From positions 53,790 to 117,789 of the forward strand of contig WJJJ01000025.1 of NCBI GenBank assembly GCA_014729775.1: 64,000 bases of DNA, written 5' to 3'. The stretch comes from Candidatus Omnitrophota bacterium. Lineage in GTDB: Bacteria; Omnitrophota; Gorgyraeia; Duberdicusellales; 4484-171. The notes below the pieces were generated by a model. It had not been told where the DNA came from and made no database searches. It saw nothing but the letters and a program-made list of their open reading frames with translations. This document shows positions 46,871-55,981 of this stretch, piece after piece; position 1 is the stretch's first letter; the number at the start of each line of letters is the position of its first letter. Both the position numbers and the translations under genes were made by a program.

Positions 46871-48261
46871 GGATTATTCCCGGTAAGGAAGCCGGAAATC
46901 TCCTCCGGCGTGCGGACTTCCCCGATACATTCCCGCCACATTTTTTGTGTTTCCATACACAGATAGACCGGGGTAGTGCCGTCCTTTTCTCTGAGCCATT
47001 CTCTCATTTTTGCGTAGATTTGTCTACGGATGAATTCCGGATAACGCAACTTTCCGTCGCCGCCGAGAAGCAGTTCCCCGTAGAAGAGGGTGCTTTCGGG
47101 AAATCTCTGCTCCCATATTGATTTGATCTTCCGGTGGGCGCGCAGGGTGCCCAGGCTGATCCAGGCAAAGGGCGGCCGCAGGTATGAATACAGCTTCGAT
47201 ACCAGTGCCCGATACTCTGTTTCCCATCCCGGCATGTGGATCAGCGGGTCAAAGTGAAAGGCGATCCGATATCCGGCCTGCCGGACTTTTCGGGCAGCTT
47301 CGAGCCTCGCGTCGAGGGACGCCGTGCCGGGCTCTTCATGTGCGGTAATATCCGGCGGGTTCAACGACCAGGAGATGACGATGTTATCCGCCGGGGACAT
47401 CCGGAGGATGTTGTCGATACAGGCACTTTTTGTTTTGAACTCAAAGTATACGTCCGGTTTGGCGCGGAAATACGGAATCAGCTGCAAAGAATACTCCGTG
47501 AGCGGGTCCAGCGCGAGAGAATCGCAAAATTCACCGGTTCCCAGCCGCAGCGGGCCGGGACGCGTGCGCAGAAAAGAATCAAATCGTTCGAAGAAATCGG
47601 ACACGTTGGCCGGGAGAATGATCCCGGGAACATTTGCGTAATGCTGCAGAAAACAGTAAGAGCAGTCGTAGGGGCAGCCGAATCCGAGGTTGAGTATCCA
47701 GTATCCGCAGCGCACGTGGCTTTTGGTACAGGGACACGGTTTATGAAAATCCCAGGGCTCCCGGACGAGAAAGAGCAGGGGGGTTTTCACATTCAGGGGA
47801 GAAAATCGATGCGTGCGGGAATATTCCCGGAGAGATTTCAATGTGGTGAGCGGGGTGTCCGGATAGCGCTCCCGTACGCGCCGGGCGAGATCGCTTTTCC
47901 GCACCGAGGATTCCATGTATATCTGTGCCGGCCTGAATTCGGCAAATCGTCCAGATTCGGGTGCGGGCAGCGGCGGTAACGGGGATGAGTACACCTCAGA
48001 CGGCGGGATGGAGATACGCGCGCTGGTTTCGGGGAATCTCCGGGCGATGAGCACCCGGCGCAGTGCCACAAAGGCGTCCCGCGGCGAATATCGGCGAAGA
48101 TCGAGCTCTTTCTGCGCTTCCTCGAGAATTTCGTGCGGCGAAACGCGTTCGCGAACGGATATTTCGTGTGCAAGCCGTGCGACATCGCGCAGTTTATTTG
48201 ATTCCAGACGCATCCCGAATCGCGATTCGACGTCATGTTGTATTGAAGCTTCATTTGTCAT
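46867..48261 (-). CDS. radical SAM protein, spore-photoproduct-lyase (SplB/COG1533) family, with ~190-aa N-terminal extension
   Basis: 'KPCPCTKSHVRCGYWILNLGFGCPYDCSYCFLQ' contains the CxxxCxxC cluster in SPL-family context. Start overlaps dgkA (operon). Confidence 0.6.
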   Translation of the reverse strand: MTNEASIQHDVESRFGMRLESNKLRDVARLAHEISVRERVSPHEILEEAQKELDLRRYSPRDAFVALRRVLIARRFPETSARISIPPSEVYSSPLPPLPAPESGRFAEFRPAQIYMESSVRKSDLARRVRERYPDTPLTTLKSLREYSRTHRFSPLNVKTPLLFLVREPWDFHKPCPCTKSHVRCGYWILNLGFGCPYDCSYCFLQHYANVPGIILPANVSDFFERFDSFLRTRPGPLRLGTGEFCDSLALDPLTEYSLQLIPYFRAKPDVYFEFKTKSACIDNILRMSPADNIVISWSLNPPDITAHEEPGTASLDARLEAARKVRQAGYRIAFHFDPLIHMPGWETEYRALVSKLYSYLRPPFAWISLGTLRAHRKIKSIWEQRFPESTLFYGELLLGGDGKLRYPEFIRRQIYAKMREWLREKDGTTPVYLCMETQKMWRECIGEVRTPEEISGFLTGNNP

Positions 48262-48369
48262 AATTCTTGCGGTGTGCTGTCTGCGTGCACGATAAATTGA
48301 TTTATGCTATTATAGAATATCTGACAAATAAGTAAAGCAGTTGAAAAAAGCAAAAAAAGGAGAGGCCGT

Positions 48370-48567
48370 ATGAATAAGTGGCAGGCGATCGGGTTTTTCA
48401 GCCCGGCGGTGATCTTTTTCCTTACCGGAATTATCTTTTTCGCGCTCGGCAGCGTCGCCGCGGATCCGGTACTTCGCCAGATCGGATCATTCTGGATGCC
48501 GCTGGGCTTGCTTTATCTGTTGCTCATGCTTTTTTTATATTCTCGGAAGAAAAAAGGCTCTGGATGA
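48370..48567 (+). CDS. small membrane protein (65 aa, 2 TM)
   Basis: Strong RBS 'aaaaaggagagg' 5 nt before the ATG; two hydrophobic helices. Confidence 0.5.
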   Translation: MNKWQAIGFFSPAVIFFLTGIIFFALGSVAADPVLRQIGSFWMPLGLLYLLLMLFLYSRKKKGSG

Positions 48568-48590
48568 ACCGTAAGACAGGCGAGGAGAAA

Positions 48591-49493
48591 CTACCGGCGC
48601 CGCGAAGAGAGCGACTCGAACAGTTTGTTCTCCAGTTCTGCGGTCATTGCTTCATATTTGCCGGCCTCTTCGAATTTCCTTCGTTTACGGGCTCCCTGCG
48701 TAAAAATTGAAACTTTTTTCTTGAGCGCGTCAAAGGCAAGAAGCTTTTGAGTTTCGGTCAGGCGCGTTTTTCCCACGAACAGGTTGTGGAGCGCTTGAAT
48801 ACGGAACCTGTCCATTGCCGGGTAGCGGCGCGATTGCTGGTCCGGATGGCCGCCCTCTTTGATCGTGAGCGCTTCCGGGAGCAGATAGACAGGGAATTTC
48901 GCCGAAACTCTCAGCCAGAAATCGTAATCCTCACACGCCGGCAGATTTTCGTCGAATGTTCCCAGCAGCTGAAAAATACCTTTTTGCACTGCCGCAGTGG
49001 AGATACTGATACAGCACAGTTCCAGCGCCTGACGGAACACCCATCCCGAAGGTTTCTTATGGTAGCTTTTCTGCGGCAGGAGCGTCCCGTTGCGGTACCA
49101 GACTTCTTCGGTATGGAAAACACGGTACTCGGGAAAATTCTGGATATGTTCGTGCATAAGTTCAAGCTTATGCGTCCGGAACCGGTCGTCGGAATCGAGG
49201 AAGCAGACATACTCTCCCCGGGCATGGCGCAGGCCCAGGTTACGGGCTGCGGAAACGCCGCGATGGTCCTGTTGAAAGGCATTGATCTGGGGGTGGGGCA
49301 GATACTGAGCGATCAAATCGCGGCTGTCGTCGGTGGAGCCGTCGTCGACGATGATCAGTTCGTAATCGGTAAAGGTCTGTTCCAGTACCGATTCCATGGC
49401 GATCTTGAGAAAATCACTACGGTTGTAAGCGGGGATAATTACGCTGAAGAAGGGCGCTTCATTCATTCTGGTATGTTCCTCAATTGAAATCAT
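48591..49493 (-). CDS. family 2 glycosyltransferase
   Basis: 'FFSVIIPAYNRSDFLKIAMESVLEQTFTDYELIIVDDGSTDDS' GT2 N-terminus; 'CFLDSDD' DxD. Confidence 0.85.
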   Translation of the reverse strand: MISIEEHTRMNEAPFFSVIIPAYNRSDFLKIAMESVLEQTFTDYELIIVDDGSTDDSRDLIAQYLPHPQINAFQQDHRGVSAARNLGLRHARGEYVCFLDSDDRFRTHKLELMHEHIQNFPEYRVFHTEEVWYRNGTLLPQKSYHKKPSGWVFRQALELCCISISTAAVQKGIFQLLGTFDENLPACEDYDFWLRVSAKFPVYLLPEALTIKEGGHPDQQSRRYPAMDRFRIQALHNLFVGKTRLTETQKLLAFDALKKKVSIFTQGARKRRKFEEAGKYEAMTAELENKLFESLSSRRR

Positions 49494-49807
49494 ATTATAA
49501 GTGAAAACCGATTCGAGCGCAAGGAGGATGGAGAGAAAAAACCAATATTGAGGTGGTATTTTTGAAATAAATTATGGTAAAATATGATGCATGTGTGATC
49601 TGCATCCACGGGGTGATCTGTTTCCGCCTGAAAAGAAGGACGCACAGGCACGCTCCCTCGCGCCCGCTTTCAGGGATGAGATGCCGCGAGCGCGCCGTTT
49701 AACACCCTGTCTGTGCCTGATAAAATCTCCTCGGGAAGCAGAAGGCCTGTGATGTCAATGGGGTGATATCTGTGGCGGCAATGAACAAAAAATGAGGGGA
49801 GGAAAGC

Positions 49808-50017
49808 ATGCAGCATCAAAACTGGAAATGCCCCAAATGCGGCAATGAGCAATTCGAAACCGACCAGTTTCAGGCCACCGGAGGAATGTTCGCCAAGATC
49901 TTTGACGTGCAGAATAAGAAATTTTCCACGGTGACGTGTGACCGATGCCAGTACACCGAGATCTACCGCGCCGCAACTGGTTCGCTGGGGAACGTGTTTG
50001 ATTTCTTTACCAGCTGA
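49808..50017 (+). CDS. small zinc-ribbon protein (69 aa)
   Basis: 'CPKCG...CDRC' four-Cys ribbon; RBS 'gaggggagg'. Confidence 0.55.
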   Translation: MQHQNWKCPKCGNEQFETDQFQATGGMFAKIFDVQNKKFSTVTCDRCQYTEIYRAATGSLGNVFDFFTS

Positions 50018-50070
50018 GTTCCATGCGGGTATTTTGCGCCGGATGAACGGAATTTTTCTTATTTCAAAGG

Positions 50071-50493
50071 ATGGATGAATCGCGTGAGAGAACGTCGCTG
50101 AGGAATTTTCTTCTTGTGCTGGGAATCCTGCTGGCGGCATGGGCAGGGCTGTGGTATTTTCATTTTCGTTATGATCAATCAATGAGAGTGACTGCCACCG
50201 CGTTTAATTCCGTACCGGAACAGACCGACCGTCAGCCGAATACCGCGGCCTGGGGGAACCGGCTTAAACCCGGTGATAAGGCGATCGCCGTCTCCCGTGA
50301 TCTTATCGACCGGGGCCTGAAAAACGGGACACCGGTCAGGATTGAGGGTCTGTTCGGGACGTATACCGTACGCGACAAAATGAACAAACGATATCGCCGC
50401 AGGATCGATATCTATATGGGCGCAGATAGGCAACGGGCCATGAAGTGGGGAAAACAAAAGGTGCGTATCCGCTGGCCGGGTGATGACCGATGA
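50071..50493 (+). CDS. 3D-domain protein (MltA-like/stationary-phase-survival-type, N-terminal TM anchor)
   Basis: 'VTATAFNSVPEQTDRQPNTAAWGNRLKPGDKAIAVSRDLIDRGLKNGTPVRIEGLFGTYTVRDKMNKRYRRRIDIYMG' matches the 3D-domain pattern (TAY...G...iAvd...GT.V.IEG.G.Y.V.D.G....IDIYM). Confidence 0.7.
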   Translation: MDESRERTSLRNFLLVLGILLAAWAGLWYFHFRYDQSMRVTATAFNSVPEQTDRQPNTAAWGNRLKPGDKAIAVSRDLIDRGLKNGTPVRIEGLFGTYTVRDKMNKRYRRRIDIYMGADRQRAMKWGKQKVRIRWPGDDR

Positions 50494-50929
50494 GCAGATG
50501 AAGAGAACCCGTGCACACCGGAAATTTTACCGCCACGGCCTGAGGTTCGAATGTCAAGGCGGGGGCAAGTGCTGTACCGCCGGCACGCAGGAAGGGTACG
50601 TATACCTGACGCTGGCTGACCGGCAGAATATCGCGCGCTATCTGGGAATTTCCCTGGCGGTATTTACCAGAAAATACTGCCGGCGGGAACAGGGGATGTG
50701 TTATTTACGCCGGCTGAAACCATGCTGCCAGTTTTTGGACAATAATCGATGCGCGATTTATCCGGTCCGGCCGATCCAGTGCGAGACCTGGCCGTTCTGG
50801 CCGGACAATCTTACCCCCGAGGCCTGGCGGCGCGCGAAGCGGTTTTGCCCGGGAATCGGGAAAGGACGGATCCATTCCCTTCAGGAGATAGAACGGTTAA
50901 TGACACTGCAGGCGCGGCTGGAAACATAA
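50480..50929 (+). CDS. YkgJ-family cysteine-cluster protein (UPF0153, putative Fe-S/Zn-binding)
   Basis: 'CQGGGKCCTAG' ... 'CCQFLDNNRCAIYPVRPIQCETWPFWP' is the characteristic CxxxxCC...CC...C...C arrangement. Confidence 0.7.
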   Translation: MMTDEQMKRTRAHRKFYRHGLRFECQGGGKCCTAGTQEGYVYLTLADRQNIARYLGISLAVFTRKYCRREQGMCYLRRLKPCCQFLDNNRCAIYPVRPIQCETWPFWPDNLTPEAWRRAKRFCPGIGKGRIHSLQEIERLMTLQARLET

Positions 50930-50939
50930 AGGAGGCAAG

Positions 50940-51419
50940 ATGCGCAGGCTGTTCTTTATCGGGATTATGATACTCGGATTATGCGGAGCACGCGGCCAGG
51001 CATTGGACTGGAAAATTACGGAATTCTGGATGAATGCCGATCAACTTTTATCTCCGGGAGACATGGTGTGCCGCAGTATTATCGATGCGTCCGCAGCGAC
51101 GGTCGGGAGCGGCGGCGCACGCGAAGCCCGGATGGAACATCAGGTGATGTATATAGGATATGAGCCTGGCGATCCCGGGCAGGCGCGGTTTCTGCGTACC
51201 AGTACCTGGCGTAAGGACACCGCGAAATTTTACCAGCCGGGAACCAAGGACGTGCGTGAATGGACCCAGCCCTTTGACCGTCAGGGGATGACTGTGCTTG
51301 ACTTTGCGTATTTTCCCGCGATCAAAGTCACCTTGACCGATCGTGAGACGGAGACCATCCGGGTTGCGGCCGACGTTGACCAGTGGAAGGCAGAATTGCC
51401 GCCGGTACGGGATTATTGA
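50940..51419 (+). CDS. secreted hypothetical protein
   Basis: RBS 'aaggagg'; signal peptide 'MRRLFFIGIMILGLCGARGQA'. No recognisable domain. Confidence 0.55.
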   Translation: MRRLFFIGIMILGLCGARGQALDWKITEFWMNADQLLSPGDMVCRSIIDASAATVGSGGAREARMEHQVMYIGYEPGDPGQARFLRTSTWRKDTAKFYQPGTKDVREWTQPFDRQGMTVLDFAYFPAIKVTLTDRETETIRVAADVDQWKAELPPVRDY

Positions 51420-51488
51420 CCCTCAGGGACCGCAAGAAGGCTCTTGTCTTCCGTACCCCCGGCGGAAAGATGATTACCTTTTTTCCCG

Positions 51489-52376
51489 CTATCCCGGAGT
51501 ATCGCCGGGAAGGCCGCCGGCGAGAGGATTTTGATACGTAAGGGACCTGTCATAGAACCGGCGGAATTCCGGTACTATGAGATACAGCCGCAGTCCGGTT
51601 CTGCGGTTCAGCGCTCTCATGCGGACGGCCTGATCCGCCGCAAACGAATCATAGCGGTGTTTGGCGGCGTATATCTCCTTCATTTTTTGCGCCGCGGCGC
51701 GTTCCCTTATCTGCTCGATTCGTTCCCCCACCTGGAGGAAATTTCCCTGGATAGGATGGTACAGTTCCACGTCAATCTCTTTCACTCCTTTCGGAAGCAG
51801 GCGCAGGATTGTGTCCAAGGAGGAAAGAAAAGGGAAAAAAGGGCCGGCGTGCACCCGCAACGAAATCCCGAAACGGAGAATTTCGGCCAGTGTATCTATT
51901 CGATGGTGAAGGTGAGGAGACGCGCCTTCCAAGGCGCGAATATGATGATTACTGCTCAAATTGAAGGTGAAAAATATCCGGTTCTCCCGGTTCCTGCTCA
52001 GTAAAGGCAGGCAGGAACGAATCAAATGCGATTTCGTCAAAATCGTCACCGGAATTCCATATCGGTCTAGAATCTTCAGAATTTTTTCGGTCAGACGGAA
52101 ACGGGCTTCCGCATACTGAAAACATTCGGTAGTTGAGCCCAGCAGTACCCGCCGCGGCCGCCGCATTCGGAGTTCCCGGGTCAATAGTTCCGGCGCATTT
52201 ATTTTCGCTTCTACACAGGCACGCCTGCTACCCGCGCTATGCGCCTTTCGGGCGTAGCAGTAGACGCAGTCAAACTGACATCCGCGATAAGGATTGATTA
52301 CCGCGTCGGCCAGACTGATTTGCGTAGGAGAAAGCACCCGTTGAGCCCGTATCTCTTTCCACTCGCAGAAGCTCAT
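51489..52376 (-). CDS. radical SAM protein, COG1533 'DNA repair photolyase'/SplB-like family
   Basis: 'NPYRGCQFDCVYCYARK' is the hallmark COG1533 motif (CxxxCxxC); 295 aa. Confidence 0.7.
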   Translation of the reverse strand: MSFCEWKEIRAQRVLSPTQISLADAVINPYRGCQFDCVYCYARKAHSAGSRRACVEAKINAPELLTRELRMRRPRRVLLGSTTECFQYAEARFRLTEKILKILDRYGIPVTILTKSHLIRSCLPLLSRNRENRIFFTFNLSSNHHIRALEGASPHLHHRIDTLAEILRFGISLRVHAGPFFPFLSSLDTILRLLPKGVKEIDVELYHPIQGNFLQVGERIEQIRERAAAQKMKEIYAAKHRYDSFAADQAVRMRALNRRTGLRLYLIVPEFRRFYDRSLTYQNPLAGGLPGDTPG

Positions 52377-53647
52377 CGCGGAACCTTCCCGGGCTGGATC
52401 AAGTTGTTGATATATCTGGGGGTGAACGGAATTTTCTCGGCGGCGACCAGCGCGGCCAGCCGGTCGGCCCGGTGACGCGCCCTACGCGAAGGGAACCGCG
52501 GTGCGGCCCGCCGGAGGTCATAATCGAGATAGGGGTTGATCTGTGCGATTTTCGGAATGAGCCGTTTCTGCGCAATAAGGAACCGGCAGGTCTGTGCGAA
52601 ATCCCGCGCGCGTTCGCCGGGAAATCCGGCGATCAGACTGATCTCAAAGTGAATACCAGCGGTGCGCAGGGTGCGGAAAAAGGAACGTGCGCCGCCGGCG
52701 GTAACGCCTTTTCTCATTTTCTGTAATACTGCATCAGAGCCGCTCTCCAGGCCGATAAACAGGTTGCTGCACCCGCTTTTTTTCAATAAACGGGCCAGGG
52801 CAACGGGAAATGAAGGCTGGATTTTCATCTGGGCTTCCCAGCGTATCGAAAGCCTGGTGTCGATAATCATCCGGCAGAATTCTTCGAGCCATTGGAAAGA
52901 ATGATTGAACAGTGAATCGCAGAACACGAAATAGCGCCGCCGGTAACGCCGGTGTAACCGGATAATCTGTTCACCCACATAAGAGGGGCTGTGGATGCGA
53001 TAGGAACGGAAGAGGAACCTTTCGGTGCAGAAGGCGCACTCTCCGGGACAGCCGCGCGAAGAGAGAAGAGGAAGCACAGGGGGGATCCGAGAGGGCGCCA
53101 GATAATCGAAGTCATAGTGCGGCAGGCGGTCAAGATCGGAAAGTTCATCGTGCACGATCCGCGCTCGATCGTCGCCCCGGATGATCCGGGCCGACGGCAA
53201 CTCGCCTTCGCCGATGACCCACTGTGCCCGCAGTCCGGGAAACTTTCCGCTCAGGTAGAATCGTAAAGTCTGGGGTCCGCCGCAGAAAATTTTCACCTTT
53301 GGGTTTCGCCGAACGATACGATCGGCGATGTCCAGGACACAGGGAGTATTCCGCTGAGTGAGCGTAAACCCCACCGCGTCCGATTCCGCTGCGGTACATT
53401 CGACTTTTTCCATCAGCAGGGGAACCGCGTTGCGCAGACGGGCGAACAGCGACCGCTCAAACGCCGGATCGACTTTCAGCCATCGCGGCCGCGTCTCAGG
53501 CAGACGGCGGAACGCAATCTGGTTGAGATCGAGGATCCGCACTTCTGCCGTACAGGTATGTTCCAGATACGCTTTCAGCAGTACCGGTGCCAGCGGCGGC
53601 GGGGTGATCCAGGAGGGCGGGGCATAGATCAAGGTTACTATTTTCAT
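52373..53647 (-). CDS. B12-binding-domain radical SAM protein (class B)
   Basis: N-terminal Rossmann-like B12-binding region ('KIFCGGPQ'); 'SSRGCPGECAFCTE' CxxxCxxC. ATGA overlap with the downstream rSAM gene (operon). Confidence 0.7.
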   Translation of the reverse strand: MKIVTLIYAPPSWITPPPLAPVLLKAYLEHTCTAEVRILDLNQIAFRRLPETRPRWLKVDPAFERSLFARLRNAVPLLMEKVECTAAESDAVGFTLTQRNTPCVLDIADRIVRRNPKVKIFCGGPQTLRFYLSGKFPGLRAQWVIGEGELPSARIIRGDDRARIVHDELSDLDRLPHYDFDYLAPSRIPPVLPLLSSRGCPGECAFCTERFLFRSYRIHSPSYVGEQIIRLHRRYRRRYFVFCDSLFNHSFQWLEEFCRMIIDTRLSIRWEAQMKIQPSFPVALARLLKKSGCSNLFIGLESGSDAVLQKMRKGVTAGGARSFFRTLRTAGIHFEISLIAGFPGERARDFAQTCRFLIAQKRLIPKIAQINPYLDYDLRRAAPRFPSRRARHRADRLAALVAAEKIPFTPRYINNLIQPGKVPR

Positions 53648-53726
53648 GTTTTTTTATGAGAAGTTGCGTTACAATAAATATCCAGGACTGTATTGTACTA
53701 TAACGGGGAACTTCACAAAAATCAAG

Positions 53727-54860
53727 ATGCGCCCATTACTGTACATCCATATTCCGTTTTGCGACAGAGGCAAATGCGCTTATTGCGATTTCTACAGCGT
53801 GCCCTATGAACCCCGGCAGGCCGCGGCGCTCGTCGAAAGCTACGGGCGCGAACTCCGGATGACCACTTCTCATTTTCGCACGATTTATATCGGCGGAGGA
53901 ACCCCCTCGGTCTTATCCCGATCAGCGTGGGCGACGCTGCTCAACGCCTGCCGCCGGCACGCCTCCGGCGCGGAAGAATGGACGGTCGAGATGAATCCTG
54001 AACACGTGACCGGGACGCTGGCGCATATGCTGAAAGAGTCCGGGGTGAACCGGATCAGTCTGGGAGTACAGTCATTCTGCCGGCAGAAATTACGGTGCCT
54101 CGGCCGCAGGCATTCTCCGTCGCAAGCCGCTGAGGCGGTGAATATCGTCCGGAAGGCAGGGATCCAAAATGTCAGCATTGATTTACTGTTCGGCGTATGG
54201 GAAGAATCCCTTAAAGAATGGAGGCGGGAACTTGCCGGTGCACTCACCCTTCCCCTGACCCATCTTTCTCTCTACGCGCTGACCTATGAAAGGGATACGC
54301 TCCTTGGCCGCCGCCTTTCACGGGGGGACATTACGCCCCTCGCGGACGATATCGTGGCAGAGCAGTATCTGGCAGCCGCTGATCTCCTGCGTTCCTGCGG
54401 GTTCGTACGCTATGAGATCTCCAATTTTGCCCGGCCTGGTCGTGAATGCCTTCATAATTTGGGATATTGGCAGGGATTTCCCTATCTTGGAATCGGTCCG
54501 TCGGCGGTTTCTTTTCTGAACGGAGTTCGTATGCGCCGAACTGCGGAGGTGTCCCGTTATCTCGCGCTGGACGGAGGCGCGGCGGCCGTATGCGAGCGGG
54601 AAAAACTTCCTCCCGCGTACCGGGCCCGCGAAGCCGCCGCAGTATTGATACGAACCAGTCAGGGGATCGATTTTGCGGCTTTCCGCCGCCGCTACGGATA
54701 CGACCTTTTGAATACGACGCGGCCGGGCCTGCAGGAATTGGTAGGGGCCGGAATTCTGGAATGGACCGGCTCTCCGGCACGCCCCACCGGCGTACGGCTT
54801 ACTTCCGAAGGCTTCCTGCGTGCCGATACCGCTTCCAGTGCCCTGCTTTCACACACCTGA
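53727..54860 (+). CDS. hemW: radical SAM heme chaperone HemW (HemN-like, oxygen-independent coproporphyrinogen-III-oxidase-like)
   Basis: 'LYIHIPFCDRGKCAYCDFYS' plus 'IGGGTPS' HemW/HemN signature. ATG at 53727; the track start at 53646 overlaps the divergent gene. Confidence 0.85.
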   Translation: MRPLLYIHIPFCDRGKCAYCDFYSVPYEPRQAAALVESYGRELRMTTSHFRTIYIGGGTPSVLSRSAWATLLNACRRHASGAEEWTVEMNPEHVTGTLAHMLKESGVNRISLGVQSFCRQKLRCLGRRHSPSQAAEAVNIVRKAGIQNVSIDLLFGVWEESLKEWRRELAGALTLPLTHLSLYALTYERDTLLGRRLSRGDITPLADDIVAEQYLAAADLLRSCGFVRYEISNFARPGRECLHNLGYWQGFPYLGIGPSAVSFLNGVRMRRTAEVSRYLALDGGAAAVCEREKLPPAYRAREAAAVLIRTSQGIDFAAFRRRYGYDLLNTTRPGLQELVGAGILEWTGSPARPTGVRLTSEGFLRADTASSALLSHT

Positions 54861-54994
54861 CTGAAAATATTCCGGATTCGTTGATTTCACGGGAGAAGTG
54901 TTCATTTAAAGGTAGATTTTTTACGCATAGATGATATAATCTATCGGATATTGGGGCGCGCCGGAGCAGGGGTTACTTTTCGGTTCAGATACGA

Positions 54995-55981
54995 ATGAAA
55001 CTACGCAAGAAACGGGTGCAGCACATACTGTCGCAGTTTGCCGGGAAACACTGTCTCGTCATCGGCGATCTGATTTTAGATCACTATCTGCTGGGCAACG
55101 TGGATCGCATCTCTCCGGAAGCTCCTGTTCCGGTAGTATGGGCCTCCGGAGAAGAATTTCTCTGCGGGGGCGCCGCCAACGTCGGACGTAACTTAACCGC
55201 ATTGGGCGCGTCTTCCTCACTATGCGGAATTACCGGCAGGGATTATTACGGAAAACAGCTTTGGACAATTATCGAACAGGAGGGAATCGGGACGCGGTTG
55301 ATCCGCAGAGAGAAGCTTCGCCCGACTACGCTCAAGACACGGGTAATTGCCCATCATCAACAAGTAGTAAGGGTGGACCGCGAAGCGACCGATCCGCTGC
55401 CTTCTCGGGTGAATCGCGCGCTGGTGAAAAAGGTGCGTGCGTGCCTCGATCTGTTTGATGCGGTCATTATCGAAGACTACGGAAAAGGGGTGGTGACTGC
55501 CGAATTGGTGCAGGAATTAGTTGCCCTGTGTCGCGAAAAGAATAAAATAATCACGGTCGATCCCAAACAGGATCATTTTGATTATTACCGTCACGTAACC
55601 GCGCTGACGCCGAATTTACACGAAGCGGCACAGGCGGTGCACATGCGGGGAAGTGAAGCCGGTGAAGTGGCGGCGATCGGCCGTGCGGTACTTGATGCCC
55701 TCCAGCCGAAGGCACTGCTGCTCACTCTCGGCGAGAAGGGGATGATGCTCTTCTCCCAAGACCGTATCACCCATATCCCTGCCTATCCGGTAGAAGTGTA
55801 TGATGTCACGGGAGCGGGGGATACCGTAATCGCCGCGTTTACGCTCAGTTTAAGCGCGGGCGCGACATTTGAAGAAGCGGCGTCGATCGCGAATTTTGCC
55901 GCCGGCATAGTAGTAGGACGCAGAGGCGCGGCCGTAACCGATGCTGAAACCCTGCGAAGGAGGATTTATGAGCACATATAG
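54995..55981 (+). CDS. hldE: D-glycero-beta-D-manno-heptose-7-phosphate kinase (HldE/RfaE domain I, PfkB family)
   Basis: 'VIGDLILDHYLLGNVDRISPEAPVPVV' and 'DVTGAGDTVIAAF' ribokinase-family motifs; 328 aa with no adenylyltransferase domain. Confidence 0.8.
   Translation: MKLRKKRVQHILSQFAGKHCLVIGDLILDHYLLGNVDRISPEAPVPVVWASGEEFLCGGAANVGRNLTALGASSSLCGITGRDYYGKQLWTIIEQEGIGTRLIRREKLRPTTLKTRVIAHHQQVVRVDREATDPLPSRVNRALVKKVRACLDLFDAVIIEDYGKGVVTAELVQELVALCREKNKIITVDPKQDHFDYYRHVTALTPNLHEAAQAVHMRGSEAGEVAAIGRAVLDALQPKALLLTLGEKGMMLFSQDRITHIPAYPVEVYDVTGAGDTVIAAFTLSLSAGATFEEAASIANFAAGIVVGRRGAAVTDAETLRRRIYEHI

Noticed and set aside
51420-51488. Expected bidirectional terminator between convergent genes
   Set aside because: Only a weak 4-bp GAAG/CTTC palindrome with no U-tract; not reportable as a terminator.
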